Counted from the first letter of the stretch, positions 38,196 through 52,238 are shown. The stretch: 64,000 bases of DNA from Chlorokybus atmophyticus (GCA_009103225.1 RHPI01003330.1:355408-419407), one strand, 5' to 3'. Numbers and translations are program-made. Notes: generated by a model from the sequence alone, not told the origin.

Positions 38196-39801
38196 ATGGC
38201 TGTGTGGGTTGGGGGGCGTTTACTCTACTTCTCAACTGGCGTAATCACAGCGCATGTGCGTGAGACTACTTGTTGGAAACATGAAGTAGTCGTTCGATCG
38301 TTGGATGCGATGGCATGTGAAGTAAGCTGTGTAGGTGGCGTCCCTTTGAGCTGCATGCACGAGTGCAGGGGGAACTGCGCTACTTTTTGGGCAGATATGA
38401 ATGAGGAGCAAATATGTTAACAATGAATGCTTACCTCTGGCGCAAGCTGTGAGCCTCGCTGATCCAAGCAGACTTGCTAGCATTGTCATACATCGCGCCT
38501 GCGGTGGACAGGAGTGGCGTGTAACGCTGACACAGCAGGGGAAAAGCTGGCAACGGCCGGCAAGACAAACAACGCACACCTGTGATCACTTTTGAAATGA
38601 CTTTGAATGGTCGAAGATTGTTGTTTGCGCGCGCCCCGGCCTGGTAGTTCGGCTGCAGAAGAGCGGCCTGGTCTGGTCGATTACGCCGTTGCCGTTCAAG
38701 CACGGTCGAATACAGTCGTAATGCAAGTTACGATGTTGTTGCAGGTTGGCGTGAAAACTTTCGTTCGCCTGTGCGCTTTGTCTGAAAGCTTCCGCTGTAA
38801 CAAAGCACTTCCAAGCTCATAGCTTCCGGGTGACCGATGCGGATTAGGCACGGCTTATGCGCTATGTTGCCGGCGTCGCTTCGGACACACGACTATAGCA
38901 AAAAGAGACCGGTCGCATTGGCGATGCTGCAGGCTGAGACAGCCACATTGACCGATCTGAGACCATGGTATACACCATCCGATGGTAGTGAGCCGGTCAA
39001 CGGCAAAATCAATCGGCTCGCTGATAAACACCCGCATTTGGCTTCGCGCCAATGGTCAGGCAGATGTCACGTCTGATGCAACTTTCTCAAGTGCTTGGCT
39101 CGCAGAAGAACCGCAAGGAACTGAAAGTTTTACCTTCAGCGGTGTCCACGATAGGAAAGTCCAAAAGGGGCGCGCCCTATGCCGCCGATCCCCTCCGGCG
39201 TTAGCTCTGTCGCTAAGGTTTTAGCCAGTTACGTTAGCAACACAGCCCCATTCACCGTAACATAGGTTGTTTAAGCATTGCTAGCCTTCACTAACCTGCT
39301 AGCAACGTGCGATATGTACCTAATTTAATAAATGCAAGTTACCAGGGGAGGCGCTTCCATATGTTGAAGTGAGGGTCACATGACCGCGGCTTCCCGTACG
39401 TTTGCCTTTTATGGGACTTAGCCGCCTGTGCAACTCAGCGCTGTGCATGCCACAGCCCATCTGCTACTCGCCTTGTCTTGTCGTTTTCCTTTACATGCAT
39501 CAAACACAACCAGACCGGTCACGCTGTCCGCTAGTCCGACGCCCACCAGCAGCGTGTGCCACAGCTCACCCGTTGATGTCGGTCCAGCAAGATAATACCG
39601 CCTGTTTCTGCAGGCACTGCTGCTTGCCAGGACCTCAGGTCCCATATAAAGCAAAGAACGGGGGCAAGGTCTCTGAGGAGTCAGTGAGCACCTGCCTGCT
39701 GCCCAGGCGGCGGCGGTGGCAGCGGCGGCGAAGGAGGAGGAAGTCAGGGTTTCTGTTGCGGAACTAGCCTTTCTGTAGCTGGTAGAGCTGAGCTGCTCGC
39801 C

Positions 39802-42800
39802 ATGGCGGACGAGCGCAGGGACGTTGACTCCAGGGACGCCAACGGCGGGGGAGCTGGCACCATTACGTCGGAGTACGCCAACATGCATGGCGCGGAGAAG
39901 GAGGACAACGTGCTGTTCTCAGAGAGCGGCCCAGTTTACAGGGTGAGCTATCATATGCTCCATGTGTTGTACTGCTCGCCAACTTGGTCAAGGTGCACGC
40001 CTTGTTGTCAAATTGCATGCAGTTCAACCAAGTTGGCCAGCAGCGTGACCTTGTGAGTGCTTGGTCGTGGGGCTCAGCAACATGGAATTGTTCAAGCAAC
40101 AATCCCAGCTTTTTCAACGTGTATACCTGTTGACTCGCCGGTGGCATGGCAGCTGTTCTAAGCAGTGCTGGCGCCCGTGTCACAGTGTCGTTGGCATCAT
40201 GCACTGCTAGAAGCGTTGCCTCCAAGTTGCAGTTCAGTGCAATGATTGCTGACTTGTGTTATGTTGTCATGCGAGCAGCAGCGTCACGGTTGTCGTGAAC
40301 CTAGCGCTTGCAATCACAGTATACTGATGCCTGACTCCTCCACTTGTCACTCCCGCAGGCCAAATACGGGTTCCGCGACAACCGTACGGTCACTCAGGCC
40401 TTCGTTCAGGACAAGAAGGAGGAGCTTCAGAGCTTCCTGGCCAAGCCACCCAAGGCCAGAGCGATGCGCGTGCTAAACATGTGGTTCCCCTTCACCAAGT
40501 GGCTTCCCTATTACAACCTGCGCATCTTCGCCAGAGACATTCTCGCCGGCCTCACTGTCGGCTGCATGCTCATCCCACAGGTGGGCATGGATGTGCTTGC
40601 CTGTGTGACTGTAACTCTGAAGCAGCCTGGTTGGGAGTTTGCTTCAGTTCTGTCACGTAGTAACGTTGTGTGTTGTGACACAGGGCATCTCATATGCAGG
40701 AATTGCTGGACTGCCTCCGCAATATGGGTTATGTAAGTGCACTTGCCATAGTCTTGCCCAACCATTGAACAAGTTGCTGGCTTTTTAACATCAAAAAGTC
40801 ACTGCCGCACATGCTTGCTGATTGTTGGGGTCGACCGGCGTGCAGATTCTGGCTTCACCCCTCCCTATATCTATGCGCTAATTGGCACAAGCCGGCAGCT
40901 TGTGGTGGGACCAGTGGCGCTAATATCTCTTCTCGTCAATGATGCCATCTCCGGCAGAGTCGCGCCGCTTTCCAAGGAAGCTGTTGAGATTGCCGTCTTC
41001 TTGGCCATGGCCAACGGCTTCCTGGTGCTTCTGGTCGGTTTGCTGAAGTTGGGCTTCCTTATCAACTTCCTCGGCCACGCCGTGGTCACGGGCTTCATCT
41101 CTGCGACCGCTTTCATCATCATGGCGCAGCAGGCCGGCAACGCGCTCGGGTACAAGCTCCCTCGCTCCGAGCTAATTCACAAGAACTTGCAGTACATCTT
41201 CAGGGATATCAAGAAGGTATCTAAAATGGCTTCACCATGAACCTCTGGTGACCCAAGTGGGTTAGCATTGCCTGTGTGTGTACTGCGCAGGCGCAGTTGA
41301 CACTCACACTGCCTTCTATATTGACAGACCCAAGGCTCCACAATTGGAATCTTCCTGTTCTTCCTAATTATGCTTCTGACGTTCAAGTTTCTGGTAAGTC
41401 ATGCCATCTGGTGACATGCATGTGCGTGTGCCTTTCATTCAGTCACTAACAACTGAGTATGCACCATCATATGCTCTTCATGTATAGCGTTAAGCGCAGC
41501 CTGTGCTTATGTTTGCTGTCTTGACAGGGCAAGCGCGTACGCAGACTTCGTTTCTTGCCATACATTGGCCCGCTGGTATCCATCATCGCCGCTACTCTGT
41601 TCATAGTCATTACCAAGCTGGACCACCATGGCGTGAAGGTTGTTGGCAGTATCCCGAAGGGCGCCCCGCCCGTCTCGCTCAAGTACTGGTCCCTTTCCCA
41701 CCTTGACCACGGCTTGTGGCGACACGTCCTCATCATCGCAATCCTCGGACACGTGGAGTCCATTGTCATTGGCAAGAAGCTGGCCACCCAGCATCGGTAC
41801 GAGCTTAGCCACAACCACGAGTTGGTCGGACTAGGTGCGGCGAACATGGTCGGCGCCATTTTCTCTTCCTACCCTGTGACTGGTGAGTGCCTGCATGTGC
41901 GCCTGCATCCTGTGCAAGTGACTCGTGTACTGTTTGCATGTTCTATTTACCAACCATCTACAATGGTTAACCTGTTGCAGGTTCCTTCTCTCGGTCTGCT
42001 GTCAACAATGCGGTTGGCGCCAAGACGCAGATTGCCGGAGTCATTACAGCAACGATGATCTTGTTTGTCATCCTCTTTCTCACTCCGCTTTTCAAGAAGA
42101 CACCGCAGCCGGTTCTCGCTGCCATCATTGTGAACGCCGTGATTGGGTTGATCGACCCTCTTGAGTGGAAGTTCTTCTGGAAGGTGTCCAAGCGAGACTT
42201 TCTGCTGGCTCTTGCGACATTCCTGCTCACCGCGTTTGCGGGCATCGAGTGGGGCGTTGGCGTGGGCATTGGACTGTCTCTGCTGTTCGTGTTGTACGAG
42301 TCTGGTCACCCTCACACGGCTATACTTGGGAAGCTTCCCGAAAGTACGATATATCGCAACATCCGCCAGGTACAGTTTTCATTGCATGCTCTCATGCTAG
42401 TGTATGCACACAATGAACCATGTGTCTTGTGAGTGCTGGATCTGCATTGCCTGATGTGCTGAGGAGTTACGTTTGCTCTGTCAGTATCCTGAAGCCAAGA
42501 CCCAGGACGGCATCTTGGTCTTGCGTATTGACGCGCCCATCTACTTTGCCAACGTGCACTACCTCAAGGAACATATCCGTCGCATTGAGATTGAGACCGC
42601 CAAGTCGGCCGGCCACGTCATGCACGTTGATCACAACATCTTCAAGGACTACCTCAAGAGCAACACCCAGGAGACCAAGTCCGAGGAGGTCGTGCACAGG
42701 ACCGACACCGTCTCGGACACTCCCTCGCCCGCAATCAAGTTCCTCATCTTGGACCTTACACCTGTGCCAACAGTAGACACATCTGGCATAAGGGTGAGTG

Positions 42801-43187
42801 TTGGACGCATGATGCAGTGCATGTAATCTCAGACCCTTATACCAGGCGCTGCATATTCACTATTTAATGTCTTTCACGCAGGCTATATCTGAGCTCAATG
42901 AGGAGTACAAGGCGCGTGGCGTGCAGTTGGTGCTGGTGAACCCTTCACGCACCGTCATCGCGTTCCTCGAGAAGACGGGCGTGTTGGATCTAATCGGGCG
43001 CGACTGGTTGTTCGTGCGAGTCCACGACGCGGTTCTGCGCTGCGGCACCGAGCTCAAGGCCTTCCGTTCAAATGCCATCGCATCCGTTGACTCCATTGAT
43101 GTACGGGTTACTGACCACCAACAGCACGCCGACAGCCAGTGGTCTGGCGCCATCTACGATGAAGCTAACAACGCGAAGCAGTCTTGA
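39802..43187 (+). CDS. SULTR: SulP/SLC26 sulfate transporter with STAS domain (SULTR type)
   Basis: RDILAGLTVGCMLIPQ/GISYAGIAGLPPQYGL; YALIGTSRQLVVGPVALISLL; LGFLINFLGHAVVTGF; ELVGLGAANMVGAIFSSYPVTG/SFSRSAVN; STAS LRIDAPIYFAN, LILDLTPV...DTSG; stop TGA at 43187. Confidence 0.97.
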
Positions 43188-44820
43188 AGGAAACCTTTGG
43201 GGTGCATGCGAGAGAGAGTTTGTGCATAACGATTGTTGGAAGAGTAGATCAGGCAGACATTGCCAGAGTTTTGTCCATAAACGGGAACTGTTGGTATTGA
43301 GACCTTGATCAGATCGCGGTGTTGTAAGTGTTGCAACAGGATGGTATAGTGTGTATAAAGGCGTGGCGGACAAGTGTTAGCCTTAGGAGCTTATAGCGTG
43401 TGCGTGCTGCCCCAGCGTTTGTTGGGTCAATTTATAATATTCTTTGGTTCACACCTCCAAAGCAGGTCATCGAGTGTGCATTGCCGTAATGTAATGTGCT
43501 GCAGGTGTGGTGTTGTTGTCCTGAGCCGCCACCATGGTGCTCGCGCAGCAAGTCTTACCCACTTAACCAGACAGAGTGACTGTCTGACCTAAGGTGAGCT
43601 AACAACCTATCAGCTGGTTTGAGAACAGCTCCATGTACTTTGTCATGTTATAGAGTTGCTCCGAAGTTGATTTAAAATGTATCTGGCACTGGCAACTTCG
43701 AGCATCGCTGCATGGACTGAGGTAAACAAGAGGTTACATGTTACAAGCTGTGAACCAGACACATGCGCTGTGGTAGCTAGTGGGACGATTGTCAGTTCAC
43801 CATCGGTTACGACTGCAGTGATATTGTGAATTGCAGGGCAAGCAACTCAGTGCCGTGTTGAAGCTGCTGTGGCCAATCATTGGCAGCCAACCCAGGGAGA
43901 ATGAACTGAGTGGCAATTGGCAGCCGTTGTGACTGTGACTTGATGATCAGAGACAAACTAGGACGGTGCACTTGCTAAGCTCAGCTCACTGTGTGAAGTA
44001 TCCAGGTGTACGCGTCGCACTCAGCTGGTCCCTTCACAGCATACCCCCAAAATTGAGAAGTGTAATAGCAAACACCCTGGCACTGTGCCAGCTGCTTGTG
44101 GCGACCCTCACTACTATGCTGTCTGTTTTATTTACAACTGCCAAGCCACTGCCAACAGCTTACCTGGTAGTAGCTGATGTTGCAGCTTGTGAAATTGTAA
44201 CGTGATGATCATCATTGCCAGCACTTCAAGCCAAATCTGGCGTGTGCATTGGTGACGGCGGGTTCATCTCGTCTTATCGAGCACCAGACGCCATGAGTCA
44301 AGGCAACCAACAAGCTGACAGATTGGAACCGTAAACATGCCATGGTTGGTATCAACAGCATGCGGAGCAATGCACTTGCTGAGGTACGGCCATACTGAAG
44401 CTTTACGAGCGTATGTACGACATGGTTTGTTGCATGCTGCAAAAGCCGCGGGTGGATGGCTACAGCGCTTCTTGCATGTGGGTGTGCACATGTGCATGTG
44501 CGCATTTTCGTGCGTTTGTTCATGTGTATGCTTGTGCGTGCGTGCATGCATGCATGTGCGCACGCATGCGCGCGCACTGGATGCGGCGTGTGCATGCGCG
44601 TATGTATGACGAGCGACGGCATGGCACCAGCACAAGTGCTACAGTTGGTTGTTAATCACAAGGAGGGTTGACATCATCACCATGTGATTCTTCAGCTTCA
44701 TAATTGTGTCAGTACAGCTCTTGTGTTGCAAGCTTCATTGATGACAAATGTTTCGTGAGCATGAAACACAGTTGAGTGTTGGCATGCCAGTTCAACGTCG
44801 TTGGGTGTGACCGTCGATGT

Positions 44821-45077
44821 GACCATCCATGTGAACAACAGAGCGGAGCAATAGCACTTCCTAAACAAGTCTGCGGGCGGGTGATTGGTTGTGTTAGCCA
44901 ACCAGTGTTGCGACACTCTTAAATGTATACATATGTACAAGGCAGGGTCACTATATGTCATGCTCACTAACCCAACACAACAGCTCGATGCACACAGCCG
45001 CACACACAACCAATCACCCGCCCGCAGACTTGTTTAGGAAGTGCTATTGCTCCGCTCTGTTGTTCACATGGATGGTC
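44821..45077. repeat. Perfect 74-bp inverted repeat (arms 44821-44894 and 45004-45077, 109-bp spacer); the right arm overlaps the last codons and stop of TDP2
   Basis: gaccatccatgtgaacaacagagcggagcaatagcacttcctaaacaagtctgcgggcgggtgattggttgtgt and its exact reverse complement. Confidence 0.95.
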
Positions 45078-46283
45078 GAGAACAGGCCAAAGTGGTCGCT
45101 GGCGTGTCGGTCACAAGCAGGCACAATGTCGGTGCCTATCAGCTTGAATCTAGACGGTTGACAATCCCAGCAAAACATCCGATCGAAGCGCAGTCGTGGC
45201 GTTTTGCCACCAGGCATCTCTTTGTTCTTGTTGATAAGCAAGTCCCAGGTGTACTCCCTGTCAGACTTCTTTCCACACGCCTCCCAACAGTCCATGACGC
45301 CAGGAGGTAGTCCACCAACGCTCTTCACCTGCGACATGGCACACTTGAGCACTTCACATCGCCAGTTGCAAGCATGCCAGACCTCTTATCTTTGCACAAT
45401 AGGTGAAATTGATCTGTCACGGTGACGTGCATGCGCATGCTTACTGTCCCTAACACTTGCAAAGGTACCTCAGCATCTCGCAGGTTGGTGTCCCCGACAA
45501 AGATTGCTGGCATGCCTGCACTTGTCATTTCTTGCAGCACGAACTGCAACTGCTGCAGGCGCAAGCTCTTGGAAGGCGCAAGGCTTTCAAAGTGCGAAGT
45601 ACATATGAGCACCGAACCACCGCCAGGTGTTGTCACGGTCACCTGAAAAGCCAACTCACTGACTTAATCTGCATTGGGGGTATGTTGCTTTAGACGCTGC
45701 TTGTTGACAGACGACACACACATAACCATTGGCTGGTACCTTCTGAAGTGCTCTGCCCATTCGTGTTGCAGGAAATTTTATTGTCTTGTGCGAAACATGC
45801 CGAAGTGCATCACAGGTTCGTATGCTGATAGCCGTGTAGTAACCACTTAATGGTTCCTGCACGCATGCAGTTGAGCAGATTTGCATTGTTCACAGTATTC
45901 CCTGCCGTTGACTGGACAAAACCTACAGCATGACTCTTCAGCGTACGCTTAACCATGCAGTAGTGACCTGTAGGTAGGTGGTGTAACCGTTTGTGCGCAG
46001 CTTGTTCACAAAGACTGGTGCGTTCACATCTGTCAACTCCTGCACACATAAACAGTTTGCTGACCAACGCCGCTTGGAGGCTCTCATCCTTACGCTCTAT
46101 CACCTCTTGAGCAAAAGCGCTTACCTGCAGGCATATGACGTCGGGTGTTTCTGCAAGCAGCTCGTCCGCAGCAGCCTGTGCACGCACCAAGGTATCCCAT
46201 TCTTCATCCAGGCCATCCACGTTCCAGCTGGCCACTCTCAGCGCAGTGGTAGTGGGTGGCTCTGCTCCTCGTGAAGCTGCCAT
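45044..46283 (-). CDS. TDP2: Tyrosyl-DNA phosphodiesterase 2-like EEP-domain protein; the start may lie further upstream
   Basis: SWNVDGLD...PDVICLQ/E; YYTA; FPATRMGRAL; CTSHFES; FVGDTNLRDAE; DCWE; YTWD...N; LRFDRMF; SDHFGL. Confidence 0.9.
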
Positions 46284-47243
46284 TGCTACTGGCCTAGGCA
46301 GAATGCGACTTATCAGGCTGCATTTTGCGTGCACAATGTTGATGTAACCCTTTTGACATTCTCCATAAGCAAGAAACCAAATATGTGGCTCTATGAAAGC
46401 TGCGACCATGACATTAGTAAGAGTTGTCTTGGATGTCAAGAGTTGAAAAATTGTTTCAAGCATTCAAGATCCAAGCGTCAGCGAGGGTAAAGAGGTTTTG
46501 CTACAGCTCGATTCTACAGCAAGTGACTACCGGTATCTAAGGCACCTGCCAACATAAACTCTTTTGTCCGACTTGCTGCCTAGTATCTCGACGCTGAATG
46601 TCATTTTCCTTTCAGATCACACCTTTCCGGACTTGCTTAGAGGCTCGGCTTGCATACATGCCTCTTGCTCAGGAGCACCGAAACATGCAGACATGCCGGA
46701 CGTGTTACTGGACACCCAAGTCGTACCTGTCAATGCGTGAGCTTGCTGGGCTTGAAAGTGTGCATGAGCATGCTGCTTTATGCTGGAGCAACGGCATCGG
46801 GACACTCTACCTCGCTGAACACGACCGATGTGCTCAATGAAGCTGAAGTAGGCAACATGCAAAGTTAACAACCACCACCACCACACAACACAAACAATTG
46901 TGCAATCACACACTGGACCCCGCGCACTCAACTGCAAACTCCCAGCATACCTGGTGCAGCAACATGCACTCGTGCAAACGTCCGCTTCTCTGCCCACAGA
47001 GACGTCCCGCCACCGCCACCGCCGCTGCCGCCTTTCTTACCGCCAACACATGCATTTGCAAATTCAAACCAAGGTAACTTGAGGCAATGCCCTGGTGCGG
47101 GATTCACCTGGCCACCAGAGGGTGCGTGCCTACACTGAACGCAGGGGGCGTTAAGAACGTCCAGCAATGTGTTCGTTGCCTAATGCCCGGGTGTAGCGCT
47201 TGGGTGCGATTCGCGCAGTGCGTGCTTGTACTGAACGCACGGC

Positions 47244-50200
47244 ATGCCTCCTGCGGCGGCGGCGGCGGCAGCGGTGGTGGCTGCCGGCGGTCGCCGCCGC
47301 ATGGGTATGTGTGCATGGAGCGAGGGGAGGTTCTTGTGGACTATCGCAGAAGCGGCTGCGGCACTAGCGAAGAGATCTGTCTCAGCGGAAGAGCTGCTGC
47401 AGGTGAGCTGCATGCCCCTGCAACTGCAATCATTGACCCTTGTTGGTTTGCACAGTGATGGTCGTGTATGCTGTTTGCTATTCAACAATGTCCGTGAACT
47501 ATGTCTTCAAGGTGAGAGACCGACCCTAACGTGAATGTGAAGCGAACATTACCATGCAGTTCAAGGCTTAAGCTTACAGGGCTTGCAACTCGCATACCAT
47601 GTCTCATATTGTTTGCACCAACGTGACTCGTACTTGTAGGCTTGCCAGAAGCGGATTGAGGCAGGGCGGTCCCTCAATGCCTTCATAACAGAAACTCCAC
47701 AGCATGCAGCACATGCGGCAAGCACCAGTGACACCCGTCGTGAACATAGTGCTGGCTTGGGGCCACTGGACGGCATCCCCATCGCGATCAAGGTGGCTGT
47801 AATGCGTTTCACCTAATGTTCTGGACTCAACGATGCCATCCACCTTTCTTGGTCAATGATAGCATCTAATAATAGCCTACTCAGCAGAAACAGCAATCAC
47901 TCATGCATCAGCCGCTTGCAGGACAATTTTTGCACACATGGAGTACGCACTACTGCAGCATCAAACATGTTGCAGACATTTATCTCTCCATACGAGGTAC
48001 AGCTTTTGTCTTACGCTTCCTTGTTTCTATCTTGCTTTTCAGCACGCAGGCCAGCATGAATAGTGCCACAACCTAAATGTCACACTGTCTGGCAGTCGAC
48101 AGTCACGCAACGGTTGCAAGCGGCTGGCGCAGTGATGATCGGCAAGACCAACATGGACGAGTTCGGTTAGTGATCGCATGTCTGCACCTACAGGGTTAGA
48201 CCTAGTGGTTGTATGTCAAGCACATGGACAACTGCTGTCACCAGCAGCTTCATTCACCGCAGGAATCTGCGCATGTGCACAGTTTTCCTTACCTCAGCTG
48301 CTGATAGTGAGGCCTGCTTTCGCGAGGGACGGCTCTCATGTTATGGGCCTTTTCTACGAGGCCAGGGCACATATTGCACTGCGCTTAAGTCTGGCTTTTA
48401 TGCAGCATACTCTGTATCAAGCCGATATATCCAGCATAATTGAGTGCATGGGTGCTGACAATTCCCATCTACAGGCATGGGTTCTTACAGCCTGTTTTCG
48501 GCATTCGGTCATGTCAGCAGCGGTTGGCGGGTTCAAGGAGGTGCAAATGAAGGTCGGTTAGCAGTAGCAGGCTTGTGACAGGGCTGCAGGTTGGTGGTTG
48601 CGTTTGCAGGCGGCTCAACTGTGCTGGGTGTGCAGGTGCAGCGTGCGTCGCTGGTGGCAGCAGTGGTGGCAGTGCTGTCGCTGTAGCATCAGGGATGGCG
48701 CTTGCTGCGATAGGGTCCGACACAGGAGGCTCAGTGCGACTGCCTGCTGCTTATTGCGGTCTCGTGGGCTTCAAGGTGTGCTGCAAGCAATTCCATCTTG
48801 CTGGTTGTACCGCAGCAGTCATTCTCCCGGATGCGCCAGCAACTTGAGTCTTGCCAGTTTGAGCTCTGAATGTGCGCGCAGCATGGCAACCGTGCAGTGT
48901 GACTTGTGAGTTGAGTGCCCTACCAATCATGCTGATCGGCCATCTCCCTTGTACAGCCATCATATGGTCGGCTATCTCGATTCGGCCTTATAGCCTTTAC
49001 CAGGTGCTCCACCTTATGAAGTGCTCTTCACAGGCTGCATCCTGCTCATGCTGATGTCAGGAAGCTGATTGGCAGGGCTGTGTTTGCTGCAGCTCATTAG
49101 ACACTCCCGGCATTTTTACACGATCAGTTGAAGACACTTCGCTGGTGCTGCAGGTTAGATTGACAGCGCTGCATGCGCGCTGCAGTCCACAACGCAGGCG
49201 AATTTAATGATGCCCTTTGCCATAGGCGATAGAAGGCTGCGATGCAAACGACTCAACCTGCTTACCCATTGAGGTGCCACGTGTTCATTCACTTCAGGTG
49301 ACAAATGCGCTGTTTTCAACTTAGAGCTAAGTGTGCTGCACCGGAGGTTTGCTTTGGAGGCAGCTCTTGAAGGTTGACTGTTTGTGACAGCAGTGGTTGA
49401 GTGGCAAGCAGCCTCTGGCTGGACTGCGCGTAGGCATCCCACAAGAGTATCACGTGGAAGAAGTGGCGTCTGCAGTCCTGGAGGCATGGCAAAACGCCGC
49501 GAGACAAATGCAAGATGCTGGAGCAGAACTGGTAAGCTGAAACGGTGGACTCTTTATTCTACCACCGTTGCACACGCTTATACGCACACATGTCAGGTCC
49601 ATGTTGGTCTGCCCCACACCAAGGCCGCTCTTGCTGCATACTATGTGCTTGCCCCTGCTGAAGCCGCTAGCAACTTGGCTCGTTATGACGGCGTGCGCTA
49701 CGGCCACAGGTGCAGTTTGTTCTTCTCTCAACACAGCTAGGATTGTGAGCATTGTGATTAAAGTTGCTGTGTTTATATACAACAGGTGTGAAAAGTCAAG
49801 TGACTCCCAGCAGCAGACGCTGCTGACCGAGTATGCACTGTCGCGTGGTGAAGCCTTTGGCCCAGAGGTCAGACGTAGGATAGTCATGGGCACTTTCGCA
49901 GCTTCCAGCGAGGCTGCAAACAAATACCACCACAAAGCGCTCCAGGTAGCCCACCTTGTCAAAGTTCATGGGCATGTAGTCTGTTGGTTGCTTGATTGGG
50001 TATATTGTGTGATGGCAGATCCGGCGCCTGGTTGCACAAGACTTTGCCAATGCTTTTATGGGCATTGATATTCTGTTGACACCAACCGCACCAACAACTG
50101 CACCCCTCCTGTCGGAAGCACTAGCAGCGTCTGATCCCACAGCGGCTTATGCCAATGATGTCATGACCATACCTAGCAGCCTGGCAGGTATTTTGCAAAC

Positions 50201-50465
50201 TTTGTCTGCTGAAACAGCAATCTGCCAGCCAAGAATGCAACCATTGCTCACTCATCTTTCATTAATACTGCCAGGTCTGCCAGCTATGTCGCTACCTGTC
50301 GCGTTGGACGCAAGCAATGGGTTGCCAGTTGGACTGCAACTCATAGCGCCTCGACTGCAAGAAAGCAAGCTGTTGTCGGTTGCGGCGGTGCTTGAGCACT
50401 GCACGGTGCACCACACTGTGAACAGGACACATACACTGCCATTCTCTAATGACCAGCTGCGCTAA
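47244..50465 (+). CDS. GATA: Glutamyl-tRNA(Gln) amidotransferase subunit A (organellar)
   Basis: [14 protein letters not shown]; [12 protein letters not shown]; [12 protein letters not shown]; [33 protein letters not shown]; [15 protein letters not shown]; [12 protein letters not shown]; [19 protein letters not shown]; GLPVGLQLI. Confidence 0.97.
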
Positions 50466-51371
50466 TGCTGTATTACAGTCCATGTTGTATGCTTGGATGC
50501 AGTTCTTGGACATAAGAAGGAGTGCACTCTGTATGCAACTCCCGCGTTGCGTTCAAGCTGGGTTTTGGACATGTGTCATGATTGGCGCGCATCTGGCATG
50601 GCTGCATATGCAGATAACTGCTGTCACTAATGCATATGCGGCGCTGCAAAGCACACTTTGCATATGATACCGCAACGGTGTGTTGTACATGAACGCCAGG
50701 TAGGAGGTTTTCTGTAAGTCTCCATCCACGCCAGTTTCGCAACTCTTCACCCTTGTTGTTACCACGTTGGGTTACACGGCACACGTGGGTAGAACGCACG
50801 TGCAACACTTGTCATGTGCTGGCAGATGGGCAGCATTGCAACTACCAAGCAATCACAGACTGGTGTCACATCAGCAGCAAAGAATGGTTAAACAATGGCC
50901 TTGATAAAGTGGTTATTGTCTCGATTCATCAGCGTCGTCGTCTGCCCACAGATGGCCAAACTCCTTTTCCCAGGCTGCAGTCGCTTCCTCGCGAGTTCTG
51001 ATCTGCCATATGTGCGCCATAGGAGGGGCAGCTGCCTTCTGCTCAGACTCCTACACCGTGCGTGCTGATGGTTAGTGCCAAGTCATAGCACGCATGCCGT
51101 GTGCACAGAAATGTAACATCAGGTTTGACGAGACAGGCAGGTTGAGTCTCTTGTGCGTATTCCAGACACAGCCAACCGAGGTAGCAGTAAAAGCTGCTGT
51201 GCAGCGCTTGAAGTTTGACACACTACATGTTGCGCTGTGGTTGCGGATGCAAAGCAGTCCACCGCTACTCACAGCGGTGTCTACAAGAACACGCAATATA
51301 CATCAGCTCATTGGCAACCGCATGCTCCAAGCTTGACACAGATTACAACGGTTGCAGCGTATGGTTGATGG

Positions 51372-52011
51372 TCACATAGTCTGCATGTGTACGGTGCGTG
51401 GCTTGCAAGGCATACGCTCTCTGCGCACCTGAATGAATTTGACAAGTCTCGTGTCTGTTGCAACCTGTGTGCTGAACGGCTACAGCTACCATTAGGAACC
51501 TATGGCAATGCGACAGATACCCACATGCACAATTTGGATCGACTACATGGACATTTGCCACACACATCAAACGAGATTTGAAAGTTGGAACGCAGCATGC
51601 AGCTACAATTTTAACATGCCGTGTGCATGCTGCACGTTGTTCTTTTCATATTGTTACCTGCTGGTCAGGATGAGCGCTGTCTTTGCCTCTGGCGCAGTCC
51701 AGCAGCTGCCTCCAGCGCGTCCGGCAGTCCTCCACCTCGCCCTCCCGGTAGTAGTGCCCCAGCTGGTTCAACGGAGCTGGCAGGAGGGGCAGACAGAGGT
51801 GAGGGGTGATGGTGGTGGTGGTGGCGTACATGCACAGCTCAGAGCACAATGATAATGCACACCAAGCTGTAGGCAAGCTAGCAATTGCAACTGATGACAT
51901 GAACAAGTGAACGAAAGAGACAACCGCGTGATGAGCACAGGAGCCATGCTGCTTACAGTAGCAAATCCACAAGGCGTCCAGCTTTGCCAGGCAGTCCGGT
52001 TTGTACGCCAT
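51372..52011 (-). CDS. Small twin-Cys protein of the DUF3128/EMI1 (C22orf39-like) family; 3' end uncertain
   Basis: MAYKPDCLAKLDALWICY/SPLNQLGHYYREGEVEDCRTRWRQLLDC matches the family pattern C...DALWFCYS...YYR.G..DDC...W..L.DC. Confidence 0.75.
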
Positions 52012-52176
52012 GCACGCAAGCGCAGGCTTCTTCTTCCGCAATCAGCGCTTCAACATACTGGCCGCTGTGACACACACACATCTGCAATGTCAATATCTCT
52101 GCTTACACACACACTCGAAGTAGATTTGTCAAACAGCAGTGCGCCACGTTGTTGTTGAGCTTGGTGGCAATTGGTA

Positions 52177-52238
52177 AAACCCTACATGGTGGAGCGGCGG
52201 CGGCGGCGATGAAGGAGATGATTGAAAGCTAGGGTTTG
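52177..52238. promoter_or_regulatory. Compact divergent promoter (DUF3128 / DnaJ) with oppositely oriented telo-box-like motifs
   Basis: AAACCCTA at about 52178 and TAGGGTTT at about 52230 flank a (GGC)n run; the two start codons are about 240 bp apart. Confidence 0.55.
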
